DNA of 64,000 bases from Prevotella sp. (lineage in GTDB: Bacteria > Bacteroidota > Bacteroidia > Bacteroidales > Dysgonomonadaceae), in the NCBI GenBank assembly GCA_031285625.1, contig JAITVV010000092.1, positions 128,001 through 192,000 of the forward strand. Reading direction: 5' to 3'. This document shows positions 1-10,279 of this stretch, piece by piece. Each line of letters begins with the position of its first letter. Position 1 is the first letter of the stretch. The position numbers and the translations under genes are program-made. A model generated the notes under the pieces. It ran no database searches. It was not told the DNA's origin and saw only the letters and a list, made by a program, of their open reading frames with translations.

Positions 1-2
1 AT

Positions 3-1361
3 AAAATGTCAAAGAGTAAAGGAAATGTTATAAACCCATTTGAAACGATCGAAAAATATGGTTCAGACCCTTTGCGCTGGTATATGATTACAAATGCATC
101 GCCTTGGGATAACCTGAAATTCGACTTGGAAGGAGTAGAGGAAGTACGTCGTAAATTCTTTGGAACATTATATAATACATATTCGTTCTTTGCTCTATAT
201 GCAAATGTAGATAATTTCTCTTTCGAGGAGGACTTGATACCTGTATCAGAACGTCCTGAGATAGACCGTTGGATAATATCATTGCTCAATACTCTGATAA
301 AAGATGTGGATGAGTATTATAATACCTATGAGCCTACAAAGGCAGGACGTGCAATATCTGATTTTGTAAACGATAATCTGAGTAACTGGTATGTTCGTCT
401 CAACAGAAAACGTTTCTGGGGAGGTGAGATGACTAAAGATAAACTATCTGCATATCAGACTCTATACATCTGTTTAGAAACGGTGGCTAAGCTAATGGCT
501 CCAATATCGCCGTTTTATTCGGATAAATTATTCTGTGATCTGGTTGCAGTATCGGGTAGAGAAAAGGTGGCTTCGGTTCACTTAACAAATTATCCGGCGT
601 ATGAACCATCTGTCGTGGATAAGTGTTTAGAGGAACGTATGCAAATTGCGCAGGATATATCTTCTGCTGTCTTAGCTCTTCGTCGTAAGACTAATATAAA
701 GGTTCGCCAGCCATTGATGCAAATCATGATACCTGTGTTGAATGAACAACAAGGCAAGGATATAGATGCAGTTTGTGAACTTATACTGAATGAGGTTAAT
801 GTTAAGGAATTGAAGTATGTAGATAATGCAATGGGTATCTTGGTTAAGAAGGTAAAACCCGACTTCAAGAAACTTGGACCTCGGTATGGTAAGATAATGA
901 AACAACTTGCAGCTGAGGTACAAGGCATGGCTCAGGAGGCTATTGCTGCACTCGAGAAAGATGGTAATTACACTTTTGATATAGATGGACAATCAGCTAC
1001 TATCGAAATGGCTGATGTAGAGATCATATCGGAAGATATACCCGGATGGCTGGTAGCTAATGCCGGAAAACTTACAGTCGCCCTTGATGTAACAATTACG
1101 GATGACTTGAGGAAAGAAGGTATAGCCCGCGAGTTAGTAAACCGCATACAAAATATACGTAAATCGAGCGGATTTGAGATAACTGATAGAATAAATATAA
1201 AAATATCTGATCAGGAGCAGATAAGAGATACTATTTCAGAATACAAGGATTATATTGCTTCTCAGGTACTTGCAGATAAAGTTGAATTATCGGATACAGT
1301 TACGGGGCAGAATGTAGACATGGATGACTATATTTTACATATATCAGTAGAAAAAGTCTGA
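3..1361 (+). CDS. ileS: Isoleucyl-tRNA synthetase, C-terminal part (gene begins before the window)
   Basis: Starts at the class I KMSKS motif; DPLRWY, LSNWYVRLNRKRFW and anticodon-binding domain follow; upstream of dksA/lspA as is typical in Bacteroidetes. Confidence 0.95.
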   Translation, partial: KMSKSKGNVINPFETIEKYGSDPLRWYMITNASPWDNLKFDLEGVEEVRRKFFGTLYNTYSFFALYANVDNFSFEEDLIPVSERPEIDRWIISLLNTLIKDVDEYYNTYEPTKAGRAISDFVNDNLSNWYVRLNRKRFWGGEMTKDKLSAYQTLYICLETVAKLMAPISPFYSDKLFCDLVAVSGREKVASVHLTNYPAYEPSVVDKCLEERMQIAQDISSAVLALRRKTNIKVRQPLMQIMIPVLNEQQGKDIDAVCELILNEVNVKELKYVDNAMGILVKKVKPDFKKLGPRYGKIMKQLAAEVQGMAQEAIAALEKDGNYTFDIDGQSATIEMADVEIISEDIPGWLVANAGKLTVALDVTITDDLRKEGIARELVNRIQNIRKSSGFEITDRINIKISDQEQIRDTISEYKDYIASQVLADKVELSDTVTGQNVDMDDYILHISVEKV

Positions 1362-1497
1362 CAAAAAGTATTATCTTTAAGAAAATAAGTAGCTGTAAAA
1401 TTTAATGCAACAGTATTTAATCATAACTAACATTGTTATTTTACATAAAAAATAGTAAATAGGTCTATGACCTAAAACAAGAATAAAAACTAACATT

Positions 1498-1878
1498 ATG
1501 GCAGAAAAAACAAGATATTCGGATGAGGAATTGAATGAATTCCGCGATATTATTCTAGAGAAGCTAAACAAGGCTAAAGTAGAATATGAAGAATTGAGAG
1601 CAGCTATAACAAATGCTGATGGTAATGATGTTACCGATACTTCTCCTACATTCAAAGTATTGGAAGAAGGTGCATCTACGTTATCGAAAGAGGAAGCCGG
1701 ACGTTTAGCTCAACGTCAGATGAAGTTTATTCAAAATTTACAATCGGCTCTTATTCGTATCGAGAACAAAACATATGGTATTTGCCGCGAAACAGGCAAG
1801 CTTATACCAAAAGAACGTTTACGTGCTGTACCTCATGCTACATTGAGTATAGAGGCTAAAAACAGCGGAGTAAAGTAA
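1498..1878 (+). CDS. TraR/DksA family protein
   Basis: Coiled coil then TYGICRETGKLIPKERLRAVPHATLS, the Bacteroidetes DksA-like signature. Confidence 0.9.
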   Translation: MAEKTRYSDEELNEFRDIILEKLNKAKVEYEELRAAITNADGNDVTDTSPTFKVLEEGASTLSKEEAGRLAQRQMKFIQNLQSALIRIENKTYGICRETGKLIPKERLRAVPHATLSIEAKNSGVK

Positions 1879-1973
1879 TGAATTAAAATATAATAAGGAA
1901 AAAGAAGAAAAAGCAATGGCATACAGCTCTGTTTTTTCTTCATTTTCTTTACGGGAATCAGTCAGGTAATTAT

Positions 1974-2612
1974 ATGAAGAAGAACAAAGGCCTAATTGCC
2001 ATATTTGTTATAATATTGATTTTAGTAATAGATCAGGTATCTAAAATCTGGGTAAAAACCAATATGTCATTATACGAAAGTATAGAAATAGTCAGTTGGT
2101 TCAAGATTTACTTTGTAGAGAACCCGGGTATGGCTTTTGGTCTTGAACTGGGAGAAGGAGGTTCTTTCGGAAAACTATTTCTATCGTTATTCCGCATAGT
2201 AGCAATAGGATTCATTGGCTATTACCTGTATTCTCTTGTTAAGAAAGGGTACAAAACCGGCTATATTGTGTGTATCGCCTTAATTCTGGCCGGTGCTTTC
2301 GGCAATATTATAGATAGTGTTTTCTATGGTGAAATATTTTCTGCCAGTTATGCAGGACATGTTGCATCTTTGGTTCCATTAGGAGAAGGATATGCCGGAT
2401 GGTTGCATGGAAAAGTTGTAGATATGCTTTATTTCCCCCTTATTGAGAGTACTTTCCCAACTTGGGTTCCTGTATGGGGTGGACAAAATTTTGTATTCTT
2501 TAGCGCCATATTCAACATTGCTGATTCGGCAATAACCGTAGGTATTTTTATTCTTCTTATTTTTTATCGTAAGACATTAGCACTATCTTTGGAGAAAAAA
2601 GATAAAGCCTGA
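1974..2612 (+). CDS. lspA: Lipoprotein signal peptidase II
   Basis: DQVSK, NPGMAFG, GAFGNIID, VVDM and FNIADSAI motifs; hydrophobic segments. Confidence 0.95.
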   Translation: MKKNKGLIAIFVIILILVIDQVSKIWVKTNMSLYESIEIVSWFKIYFVENPGMAFGLELGEGGSFGKLFLSLFRIVAIGFIGYYLYSLVKKGYKTGYIVCIALILAGAFGNIIDSVFYGEIFSASYAGHVASLVPLGEGYAGWLHGKVVDMLYFPLIESTFPTWVPVWGGQNFVFFSAIFNIADSAITVGIFILLIFYRKTLALSLEKKDKA

Positions 2613-2614
2613 TT

Positions 2615-3523
2615 ATGCTGCGTCCTATCATCTATATTATTATAACTACAATTGCACTGCTCAGTTCTTGTAGCAGGAGACCGGGTTATGTGATACCCGA
2701 AAAGAAGATGATGGAAGTACTTTACGATATCCGCCTGACACAATCTATTTATCTCAATGATCCTCAATTTAAGTCTGATGAGAAGAAGGATGCCTTGGTT
2801 GCAGGAGTTCTTGAGAAACACAAAATAACACAGGTGGAACTGGATTCATCACTCCTTTGGTATTCGGACAATATACAAGCTTATTCTGAGATTAATGACA
2901 GTGTAGCCGCACGCCTAAGAGCTAGAAATGAAGCACTGATGTCTTCACGTATTGTTCAGAACACAAAGGGACGGCAAAGATTTGATCTGGTAATTCCAAC
3001 CTATTATTATCTGGATAAGTATACTCCGACATTATCCTTTAATATCGATTCTTCAAAGATTAAGGGAATTAAGAATATTTCGGCATTCAACTTTAAATTT
3101 GATGTACAAGGATTGAATGATCTCCAGAAAGCTGAAGCTGCAGTTTTCTTTACCTATAAAGATACGTTGATTAGAAAAGTTATTCCAATTGATAGGAATG
3201 AACAATACTCATTATCTAAGCCACAGTTACCGGATAGTTTGCTGAATAATATTTCCGGATATGTTCATATAAGGAATAATACAGGAATTTCTTCCGGGGT
3301 TATATTGTATAACATGAGTTATATTGATTCTGTATCAGTTTCCCCAGCAACTCAAAGTAATCCAACTGAATCCCGTAGACCCGCCGATCGCAGGCCTGAA
3401 GTTGAACTAAGAGAGTCAAAAGTTGAAGAGGTGAAAACTGAACAATCTACATCAGAGCAGACTGTTAAACCTGCTGGTCAGGCTTCGAAAAGCCCTGTAT
3501 TGAGGGGTAAAAGACCCAGATAA
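2615..3523 (+). CDS. DUF4296-like lipoprotein
   Basis: Lipobox LSSC; IPEKKMMEVLYDI and DSSLLWYS pattern; position after lspA. Confidence 0.7.
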   Translation: MLRPIIYIIITTIALLSSCSRRPGYVIPEKKMMEVLYDIRLTQSIYLNDPQFKSDEKKDALVAGVLEKHKITQVELDSSLLWYSDNIQAYSEINDSVAARLRARNEALMSSRIVQNTKGRQRFDLVIPTYYYLDKYTPTLSFNIDSSKIKGIKNISAFNFKFDVQGLNDLQKAEAAVFFTYKDTLIRKVIPIDRNEQYSLSKPQLPDSLLNNISGYVHIRNNTGISSGVILYNMSYIDSVSVSPATQSNPTESRRPADRRPEVELRESKVEEVKTEQSTSEQTVKPAGQASKSPVLRGKRPR

Positions 3524-3530
3524 CATCGAT

Positions 3531-3815
3531 ATGAAACGTTATTATTCCCACTATACATACATATATCCGGATATCTTTCTGAAAAACTGCATAATTGAAA
3601 TGGATGATAAACATAGGATCATCCATATTTTTCAATTTAAAAAAGAGGTTGAGAAAACAGAATTTTATTCTGGCCTTTTATTATTCCTTCCAGAAGGAAC
3701 CGACCTAAGTGAAGACATGTTTACTAAAATAAAAGGTGCTGATTTTAAATCGGTAGATATGAATATTTCCTCAGATAACAGCTATTATTTCATACATAGA
3801 GAAGATTTATACTAG
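3531..3815 (+). CDS. Hypothetical protein
   Basis: ATG ORF 7 nt after the upstream stop; no recognised motif. Confidence 0.55.
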   Translation: MKRYYSHYTYIYPDIFLKNCIIEMDDKHRIIHIFQFKKEVEKTEFYSGLLLFLPEGTDLSEDMFTKIKGADFKSVDMNISSDNSYYFIHREDLY

Positions 3816-3872
3816 CGATTATTCATCACCAAATGAGTGATAAAAAACATTAAGGTTACTGTTGTTTCCATA

Positions 3873-4139
3873 TTATATTTTCCACCAAATATCATACATT
3901 TCATCAATAGCTTTTGAAGACGATTCTTCCTTAATTTTCATCAATTCTTCATAAACAACTTTTTTAGCATTATCTATCGTATCTCCAGTCACAATATATT
4001 CACCATGTCCCAGAATAAAGTCAGCACGATATTCACCACCGGATGAAGAGATGAAAACTTCTATTATTCCTCTCTTTTTAGGCAATTCAGGAGAATCCGG
4101 AAGATTGCCATAACCAAACAATCTAGTAAATAATCCCAT
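3873..4139 (-). CDS. Small hypothetical protein, weakly HicB-like
   Basis: Last gene of the minus-strand cluster; IVTGDTIDNAKKVV resembles the HicB N-terminal motif. Confidence 0.45.
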   Translation of the reverse strand: MGLFTRLFGYGNLPDSPELPKKRGIIEVFISSSGGEYRADFILGHGEYIVTGDTIDNAKKVVYEELMKIKEESSSKAIDEMYDIWWKI

Positions 4140-4143
4140 AATA

Positions 4144-4554
4144 CTAATTCATAAATTTCATAACACAAAAGCTTGCCTCATCTGTTTTACTTCTGTCAAA
4201 ACCGTCTCCGAAAAATACCTTTACAATCTCTATCCGTCCAATAATCTGATTATTAAATTCTTCCAAATCCTCAGCCGGAACCCATAATTCATTATGCATA
4301 AATCCTCCAACATTATGAACTTCATATTTTTGCAGATAATCTGCTGGCAAGTCAAATTTTGTAACTATACCACAATAGCCCGAAAACTCGTCTTTTGTAT
4401 TCCATTTTTCAGCAATCTGCTCTGCATAATCCTGATTAAGCACCGGATAGAAGATCGGCTGCCACTCTAAACGGGGAGGAAATCCTTTGAAATTCAGATC
4501 TATAATCAATTGTAGTTCTTTGAGTCCTATAGGACGATATAATGTTGTTTTCAT
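4144..4554 (-). CDS. Conserved protein associated with ADP-ribosylglycohydrolases (often labelled ADP-ribosylation/crystallin J1)
   Basis: MKTTLYRPIGLKEL...FPPRLEWQPIFYPVLN...ELWVPAEDLEEFN; start moved to the ATG next to the upstream stop. Confidence 0.7.
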   Translation of the reverse strand: MKTTLYRPIGLKELQLIIDLNFKGFPPRLEWQPIFYPVLNQDYAEQIAEKWNTKDEFSGYCGIVTKFDLPADYLQKYEVHNVGGFMHNELWVPAEDLEEFNNQIIGRIEIVKVFFGDGFDRSKTDEASFCVMKFMN

Positions 4555-4555
4555 T

Positions 4556-5428
4556 TTATTCTTTCCATTTATCCACCATTTCATAAACAAGTGGTGCTAT
4601 ATCCAAATAATTAAATTTCTCTATAAATTCTACAGGAATCATATCAACCCCCTTCAAAGTCCCGGTTATCTGCCCGAACATAGAACAAACGGTATCCGTA
4701 TCACCACCTAGTTTTATCAAATCGGTAATGATGGTTTTAAAGTCGGATTCATTTATCTTTTGCGCTGCAAAAATAGCCAGGGGAACAGAATCGACTACAT
4801 AACCTGTTGATTTATAAATCTTCCCGATTTCAGAGATTGATAAGTCCTTCAATTTACCCATCTCAATCAGGCGGTCTCTAACCCGTGTATCAGGTATCTT
4901 TTCTACTACAAAATCTATCAGATTATTATCTCCAGTCCATGCTTCAATTATGGATGCTTTTATTGCGTAATAAATTGCTAATGCACCACAATAAGCTTCA
5001 TCGTTACGATGTGTGATTGTACATATATCCTTAATCTTCAGTCTAGTTGCATATTTCTTAAAAGCCAGAGGAGCAATCCGCATAGCAGCGCCATTACCTC
5101 CAGCATATTCGCCCGAACGGCCAACTATTGCCCAATGTCCTCCCACCTGTAATTCGCGCAACGCTTTTAGAGTACTGGAGCCTAATCCAATAAGCTTCCC
5201 GCTGTTATACCAATTCAGGAAACGTTCAGCTACTTTTTCAGGCCTGATTTCGATATCATCACCTATAGCCTCACAGGTTGCCAAAGTCAATTGAGTATCA
5301 TCAGAAACTGCCCAGTTGAAATCAAAACCGACATTCAGTACATAGTCGATATTCTCATACCGGAAGCCAAGTGCATCGCCTATAGCCCCGGCAATAAGGC
5401 AACCTTCGAGCCTTTGTTTTATGTTCAT
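4556..5428 (-). CDS. ADP-ribosylglycohydrolase (DraG/ARH family) 1
   Basis: GDALG, SDDTQ, GNGAAMR and GGDTDT metal-binding motifs. Confidence 0.92.
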   Translation of the reverse strand: MNIKQRLEGCLIAGAIGDALGFRYENIDYVLNVGFDFNWAVSDDTQLTLATCEAIGDDIEIRPEKVAERFLNWYNSGKLIGLGSSTLKALRELQVGGHWAIVGRSGEYAGGNGAAMRIAPLAFKKYATRLKIKDICTITHRNDEAYCGALAIYYAIKASIIEAWTGDNNLIDFVVEKIPDTRVRDRLIEMGKLKDLSISEIGKIYKSTGYVVDSVPLAIFAAQKINESDFKTIITDLIKLGGDTDTVCSMFGQITGTLKGVDMIPVEFIEKFNYLDIAPLVYEMVDKWKE

Positions 5429-5431
5429 TTT

Positions 5432-5974
5432 CTATTCTGATATATACTTTGAGTCTACAAAATCTGTCAGCCAGACACCATTATCCGATACAAAAAATTC
5501 AATACCATTACGATGCATTTGTCCCGACAAGATAGTGAGAATTACCGGACGTCCGTGACGAGAGCCAACTTTATGTGCCGTCTCTTTATCCTTACTCAGG
5601 TGTACATGCTGACGGCTGGCTTTCCTTATCCCATTCTCCATAATAGATGCGTAGAAACGGTCTGCCGTACCATGATACAGATATTCGGGTGGTTCCACAG
5701 GGCTTAAAGCTAAATCTATATCAACAGAGTGTCCCTGATTGGCTCGTATTCTTGTTTTATCTTCGTTGAAGGAATAACGCTTCTTATCGTTAGTCGCTAC
5801 TATTTCTTCCAACTCATTCATTGTGAAACTGACTCTGTGTTTACTACATTTTTCAATTAGTTCATGTACATTTACCCAACCATTTGGGTCTAGTTCAATA
5901 CCTATTTTTTGAGGTTCATGCCTTAGTATAAGGCTTAAGAATTTACCTATTCTTTTTTTATGTTGTTCTGTCAT
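5432..5974 (-). CDS. kptA: RNA 2'-phosphotransferase (Tpt1/KptA)
   Basis: LSLILRH, KKRY, IRANQGHS, LYHGT, RQHVHLS and NGVWLT motifs. Confidence 0.95.
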   Translation of the reverse strand: MTEQHKKRIGKFLSLILRHEPQKIGIELDPNGWVNVHELIEKCSKHRVSFTMNELEEIVATNDKKRYSFNEDKTRIRANQGHSVDIDLALSPVEPPEYLYHGTADRFYASIMENGIRKASRQHVHLSKDKETAHKVGSRHGRPVILTILSGQMHRNGIEFFVSDNGVWLTDFVDSKYISE

Positions 5975-5994
5975 TTGTGTTTATTATTATAAAA

Positions 5995-6909
5995 TTAATC
6001 AAAGTAAAAAGTATCTGTACTTTCTACTGAATTTAGCCACTCTTGCGGTATGGTTTCATCCGGGGCATAAAGTATCACAATACTGCCTACCATCGCACAA
6101 ATAGTGTCCCTGTCTCCCAATGCCGAGACTGCACGCCAGAGAGCATCTTCAAAGTTATCGAGATGATTGGCAGCGCACCAGATGGCAATAGGCACCGTAT
6201 CCTGAGAGGTCAGCTTAATGCCATTACCAAGAATGGAAACCACTGTATCTATACGGTATGTTCCGGGAATATGCATCGCTTTTCTTATTTTAGACTTTGT
6301 GTCACTGTCTTCTAACTGGTCATATACTTCCTTAATAAAAGCCTCAGCAGAAAGTTGAGTATTTGTTAACCTGAGATTCAACGCAAGAGAAGCTGCATAA
6401 GCAATAGCCGTAGCCCCTACCCTAGCTTCAAGGTTGAAATGTGTAACTAATGCTGATTTAGCTACTTCTGATTTCAGCCACTTCAAATCATTATAGAAAT
6501 ATGCACCCAAAGGAGCAGTCCGCATAGCCGCGCCGTTACCCATAGAGCCCTGTCCATCGAATACACTGGCTGATACTTCCTGCCAGGGTTGCCCCTCGCC
6601 TATTTCTCGCAAAATCTTATGAGCCGTTCCACCATATCCACGGTTGATATCTTTTCGGTAATTACTTGCAAACTGTTTTGCCAGCATATCCTGATTGACT
6701 TCACCATTAGCAACCAGATTATTTAATACGGCTATAGCCATTACAGTATCGTCCGTATATTCCCATTTAGTATAGGGAGGTACAATGCGGTTATCTATAT
6801 AATTGTTTACAGTATCCAAATCTCCGAAAAAGCTATCCCCAAAGGCATCGCCAATAGATAATCCCAACAGAGATTTCTTTGCATATTCTATATTTAATTT
6901 CTTTGTCAT
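5995..6909 (-). CDS. ADP-ribosylglycohydrolase 2
   Basis: GDAFG, TDDT, GSMGNGAAMR and GDRDT motifs. Confidence 0.92.
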   Translation of the reverse strand: MTKKLNIEYAKKSLLGLSIGDAFGDSFFGDLDTVNNYIDNRIVPPYTKWEYTDDTVMAIAVLNNLVANGEVNQDMLAKQFASNYRKDINRGYGGTAHKILREIGEGQPWQEVSASVFDGQGSMGNGAAMRTAPLGAYFYNDLKWLKSEVAKSALVTHFNLEARVGATAIAYAASLALNLRLTNTQLSAEAFIKEVYDQLEDSDTKSKIRKAMHIPGTYRIDTVVSILGNGIKLTSQDTVPIAIWCAANHLDNFEDALWRAVSALGDRDTICAMVGSIVILYAPDETIPQEWLNSVESTDTFYFD

Positions 6910-7389
6910 TTAATCAAAATCGTAGATATAGACATCTATATCATTTTTTACTAATGTTTTTTCAATTAGCGGCTCTACTTTTTCCCACTTGCCACCTGCC
7001 AGACCACACCCAATACGGGGCATATGTACGCTGGCGCGTAATTGTTTTGCTCCCTCAGCCAGTTTTTCGAGGCAGGACTCAATAGCTTCATATCTTATAG
7101 GTACTCCCGTACTTCTCCCTGTTTTGGTTCCACGCTGGCCAATCATATTCGCTACGTAAATATACGGTTCTACCTGCACAATCTGTATATTTCCCAATGC
7201 AAAATTGTTTTCTGCACGTTCCCTGTGCCATAAGCGGAATGCTTTTTCCGGTTCGGGCCAGCGTTTAGATATGGCTAAAACAAAGCCTTTTCCCCAACCG
7301 CCTATATCATTGCTTATATGAGCTATTATCTTTGTTCCGCTGGCTTGCGGGGAAGTAGCATCACCTTTTAGGTATGTTATCTTTTTCAT
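6910..7389 (-). CDS. Macrodomain (Appr-1''-p processing, TARG1/DarG-like) protein
   Basis: KGDAT, N-x-x-G-G-W-G-K-G and MPRIGCGLAGGKW motifs. Confidence 0.9.
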   Translation of the reverse strand: MKKITYLKGDATSPQASGTKIIAHISNDIGGWGKGFVLAISKRWPEPEKAFRLWHRERAENNFALGNIQIVQVEPYIYVANMIGQRGTKTGRSTGVPIRYEAIESCLEKLAEGAKQLRASVHMPRIGCGLAGGKWEKVEPLIEKTLVKNDIDVYIYDFD

Positions 7390-7406
7390 TTTAGTATCAT
7401 TTTTCT

Positions 7407-7997
7407 TTAATCCATCCCTAGCCGCTTCATTATTTCCTCCGATATAGGATAAACCTTTTCTTTCGGTAACAACTCTTTCGCTTTATCATGTCGACCGTCT
7501 AAGCGTAATTTATATATCTTATTTGCCAAAGGGGAATAGTCCTTAATATCCACAATCCATTCTTCGTTATATTCCTGTATCAAATGACGGCTGATACCCA
7601 CTTGTATAGAGCGGTAATCCATCTTTTGTCCCCTGATAGAACGTTCAGGGTCCCATTGTACATGCACCTTTGCCTGGTCAAACATTTCGCGCCAGACATC
7701 ACCATTAGCATACACCCGATGTGAAGGATGTGTTAATACAGCCTGAGAAAGAGCATATTCCCACGCCGAACGTTTGATTCTTACTGCCAGAATATACTCC
7801 TGTCCTGACTTTTGTCCGTAACCGCTGCGTTCCATCATCCACAAGAACGAAGGTTTTATCCATGTCATGCGGGTGTATGAAAATGGCGGTACAAACCGTT
7901 TATTTTCTATTGCGGGTTTTCCTATTGCTTCTCTGTAAGCCTGATAGACAATAATTGTATCCCTGTCGTAATCGGCTCTTATTTCATATTGTTTCAT
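7407..7997 (-). CDS. DUF4291 family protein
   Basis: IRADYD, VYQAY, RMTWIKPSFLWMMERSG, VQWDPER and RSIQVG signature. Confidence 0.85.
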   Translation of the reverse strand: MKQYEIRADYDRDTIIVYQAYREAIGKPAIENKRFVPPFSYTRMTWIKPSFLWMMERSGYGQKSGQEYILAVRIKRSAWEYALSQAVLTHPSHRVYANGDVWREMFDQAKVHVQWDPERSIRGQKMDYRSIQVGISRHLIQEYNEEWIVDIKDYSPLANKIYKLRLDGRHDKAKELLPKEKVYPISEEIMKRLGMD

Positions 7998-8952
7998 TGT
8001 ATTTCTTTTCTAATCTGTCACATAAATCCATTATGTCATCTTTGCGGGCTAACTGGTCTATCCATTTTTGAGGAATGGCATCGAAACCATATAACAGACC
8101 GGCAAGCCCTCCGGCAATAGCGGCTGTAGTATCCGTGTCGCTACCCAGATTAACTGCTCTGAGCACTGTCCCCTCATATGTATCTTCTTTAAAGAGGCAC
8201 CACAAAGCTGCTTCGAGACTGTGAACCACATAGCCCGACGATGCTATTTCCGATTCAGGATATTCATATATTGGCTTTATCTCATATCCTCCAACAGGAT
8301 TTAGTAAAATCCGGTGGAATTTATTTATCTCATTATCGGAACAAATAGGGTTATTATGTAAAAAGTTATTTACTATTTCCTTTGTATTTTCAAAGGCTTT
8401 GAACTTATCATGCATCTTAATCAGTCGCAGCCCAAACTCTATATAGATAAAGCAGGCCAGCACAGACCTGATATGTCCATGGGTAAGGGAGGATACATCC
8501 TGTATATGCCTGAAACGTTCTGCGATATCCATATGCTGCACATAAAACAGTAAAGGCATAATGCGCATTAGTGAACCGTTTCCATTATCGGCTTCCTCGC
8601 GGCCACCTGCCATAACAGGATTTATATCTTTCATCAACTGATATATAGCCCTCGATGTAGCAACCCCAACATCAAAAACCTCTCCATGAGGTGTCCAGTA
8701 ATTATCTTCGTACCATGATACAAAGCGCATCCCCATATCTTTCAGGTTATAACCTCTGGTCAGACTTTCAGCCAGGCAAAAAGTCAAAGAGCTATCGTCC
8801 GACCATGTGCCTGCAGGCTGGTTATGCGTTCCATAGGCAAGCATATCTGTAACGGGATTTTCTTTCAGATAATCCCTATTTCTGAATTCGACAGGTACAC
8901 CTAAAGCATCGCCAACGGCTACGCCGAATAAAGCGCTATATATTAGTTTCAT
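7984..8952 (-). CDS. ADP-ribosylglycohydrolase 3
   Basis: GDALGVPVEF, WSDDSS, NGNGSLMR and GSDTDT motifs; start set at MKLIYS. Confidence 0.92.
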   Translation of the reverse strand: MKLIYSALFGVAVGDALGVPVEFRNRDYLKENPVTDMLAYGTHNQPAGTWSDDSSLTFCLAESLTRGYNLKDMGMRFVSWYEDNYWTPHGEVFDVGVATSRAIYQLMKDINPVMAGGREEADNGNGSLMRIMPLLFYVQHMDIAERFRHIQDVSSLTHGHIRSVLACFIYIEFGLRLIKMHDKFKAFENTKEIVNNFLHNNPICSDNEINKFHRILLNPVGGYEIKPIYEYPESEIASSGYVVHSLEAALWCLFKEDTYEGTVLRAVNLGSDTDTTAAIAGGLAGLLYGFDAIPQKWIDQLARKDDIMDLCDRLEKKYNETI

Positions 8953-9712
8953 AATCAGATAATTTAATTGTATGGTATACCCATTCTTTAGAAGAATCCA
9001 AAAGTGATACAAGCAACAACTTCTTATTCTTAATCAGAGATATTGAACTTCTCTGAGATAATAGTTGTTTGTCGGATTCAAGTTCTAATACAAGTTCAGG
9101 TTCTCTTTTCTGCATATTAAAATTATAAATCGCATTTGAAGAGAATATGAATAAACAATTTTCCAAAGGAGATTCTGCAACCCCAGCAATCTGAAAGCTG
9201 CAAAAATCATTCAGCAGGATTAATTCATCAGTTTTTTTCAGATAACAATAATATTCGTATTCGTTTATATTATCACTCTTGTAAAGGCAAGAATAAAAAA
9301 TGATTCCAAGAAAACTCTCAGGGATAAAAGAAATCCAATTTAATCTTCTTTCTGTATAATTCCCCGAATATATCATTTCCATTTTTCCTGAATCCATATC
9401 AACAAAAACAATCTGGTTACCTTTTTCCACTAGAGAGAAATAACATGTTTTTGAATCTATTGACCATGGATAGTTTGAAATTGCTCTTATATAGTCTCCC
9501 TTATTATGTTCCCAAACAGTTTCATTTGATTCTGTATTTATTATTTTGCCATAATAAAAAGCATCTCCAAATCTGTATTCTCCCATATAAGTTAAGCCTA
9601 ACCGATATTTTTTATCAAGAGACACATAGTTATCTTTTCCATAATATTTAGGTATGCATCCATTAAGTACCTGATAATCGGCTTCTGTTATAGCATCTAT
9701 TTTAAGCTTCAT
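8936..9712 (-). CDS. Hypothetical protein, beta-rich
   Basis: 258-aa ORF overlapping the next gene of the operon; no recognised motif. Confidence 0.6.
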   Translation of the reverse strand: MKLKIDAITEADYQVLNGCIPKYYGKDNYVSLDKKYRLGLTYMGEYRFGDAFYYGKIINTESNETVWEHNKGDYIRAISNYPWSIDSKTCYFSLVEKGNQIVFVDMDSGKMEMIYSGNYTERRLNWISFIPESFLGIIFYSCLYKSDNINEYEYYCYLKKTDELILLNDFCSFQIAGVAESPLENCLFIFSSNAIYNFNMQKREPELVLELESDKQLLSQRSSISLIKNKKLLLVSLLDSSKEWVYHTIKLSDYETNI

Positions 9713-9727
9713 GATTTTTTGGAAAAA

Positions 9728-10279
9728 TTATCCACAATTCTTTTTTAATTTGTCTCGTACCTCCATTAAGGCAAAGCCTAACAGATTTGTCCCTTTCCAC
9801 AAATATGGATTATTTACATTTTCGTTTTCTTCACTTAACCCTATGCCCCATATCCGGTCGAGAGGGCTGGCTTCAACAAGAACTTTATTTCCTGTATCCA
9901 ACAAAAAAGACTTCATCTCTTCATTCTGAGAGAATTTATAGAAGTTACCTTCCTCAACAATACCGGATTGGTATTTTTTCCATTCAGTCAGGTCAAAGTT
10001 TCTGACTTTCTTTCCTAAAATCTGGACTTCGGCAGGAGATTCAGTAGAAAGTATCTCCCGGCAAATATCCTTGTCTCCGAATAATTCTGCTTTTTTAGCC
10101 ATCATCCAGTGCTCAGTTGTCAGATAACACACATTATCTACAGCAAAAGGTGAATATGTCCATTGGCTAAGACATGCTCCGGTTACAGTAGTACCTTTCT
10201 CCGGCTTCCAGAAGAAAAGGTACTCTATTACCTCTGTATTTAGTTTATCGTAAAGCCAATTGATGTTATATGTTTTCAT
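9728..10279 (-). CDS. NADAR family protein 2
   Basis: LSQW, EHWMMAKKAELF, LVEASPLDRIWGIG and GTNLLGFALMEVR motifs. Confidence 0.92.
   Translation of the reverse strand: MKTYNINWLYDKLNTEVIEYLFFWKPEKGTTVTGACLSQWTYSPFAVDNVCYLTTEHWMMAKKAELFGDKDICREILSTESPAEVQILGKKVRNFDLTEWKKYQSGIVEEGNFYKFSQNEEMKSFLLDTGNKVLVEASPLDRIWGIGLSEENENVNNPYLWKGTNLLGFALMEVRDKLKKNCG

Noticed and set aside
6-8. ATG at position 6 as the ileS start
   Set aside because: It is the Met of the internal KMSKS motif; the gene starts upstream of the window.
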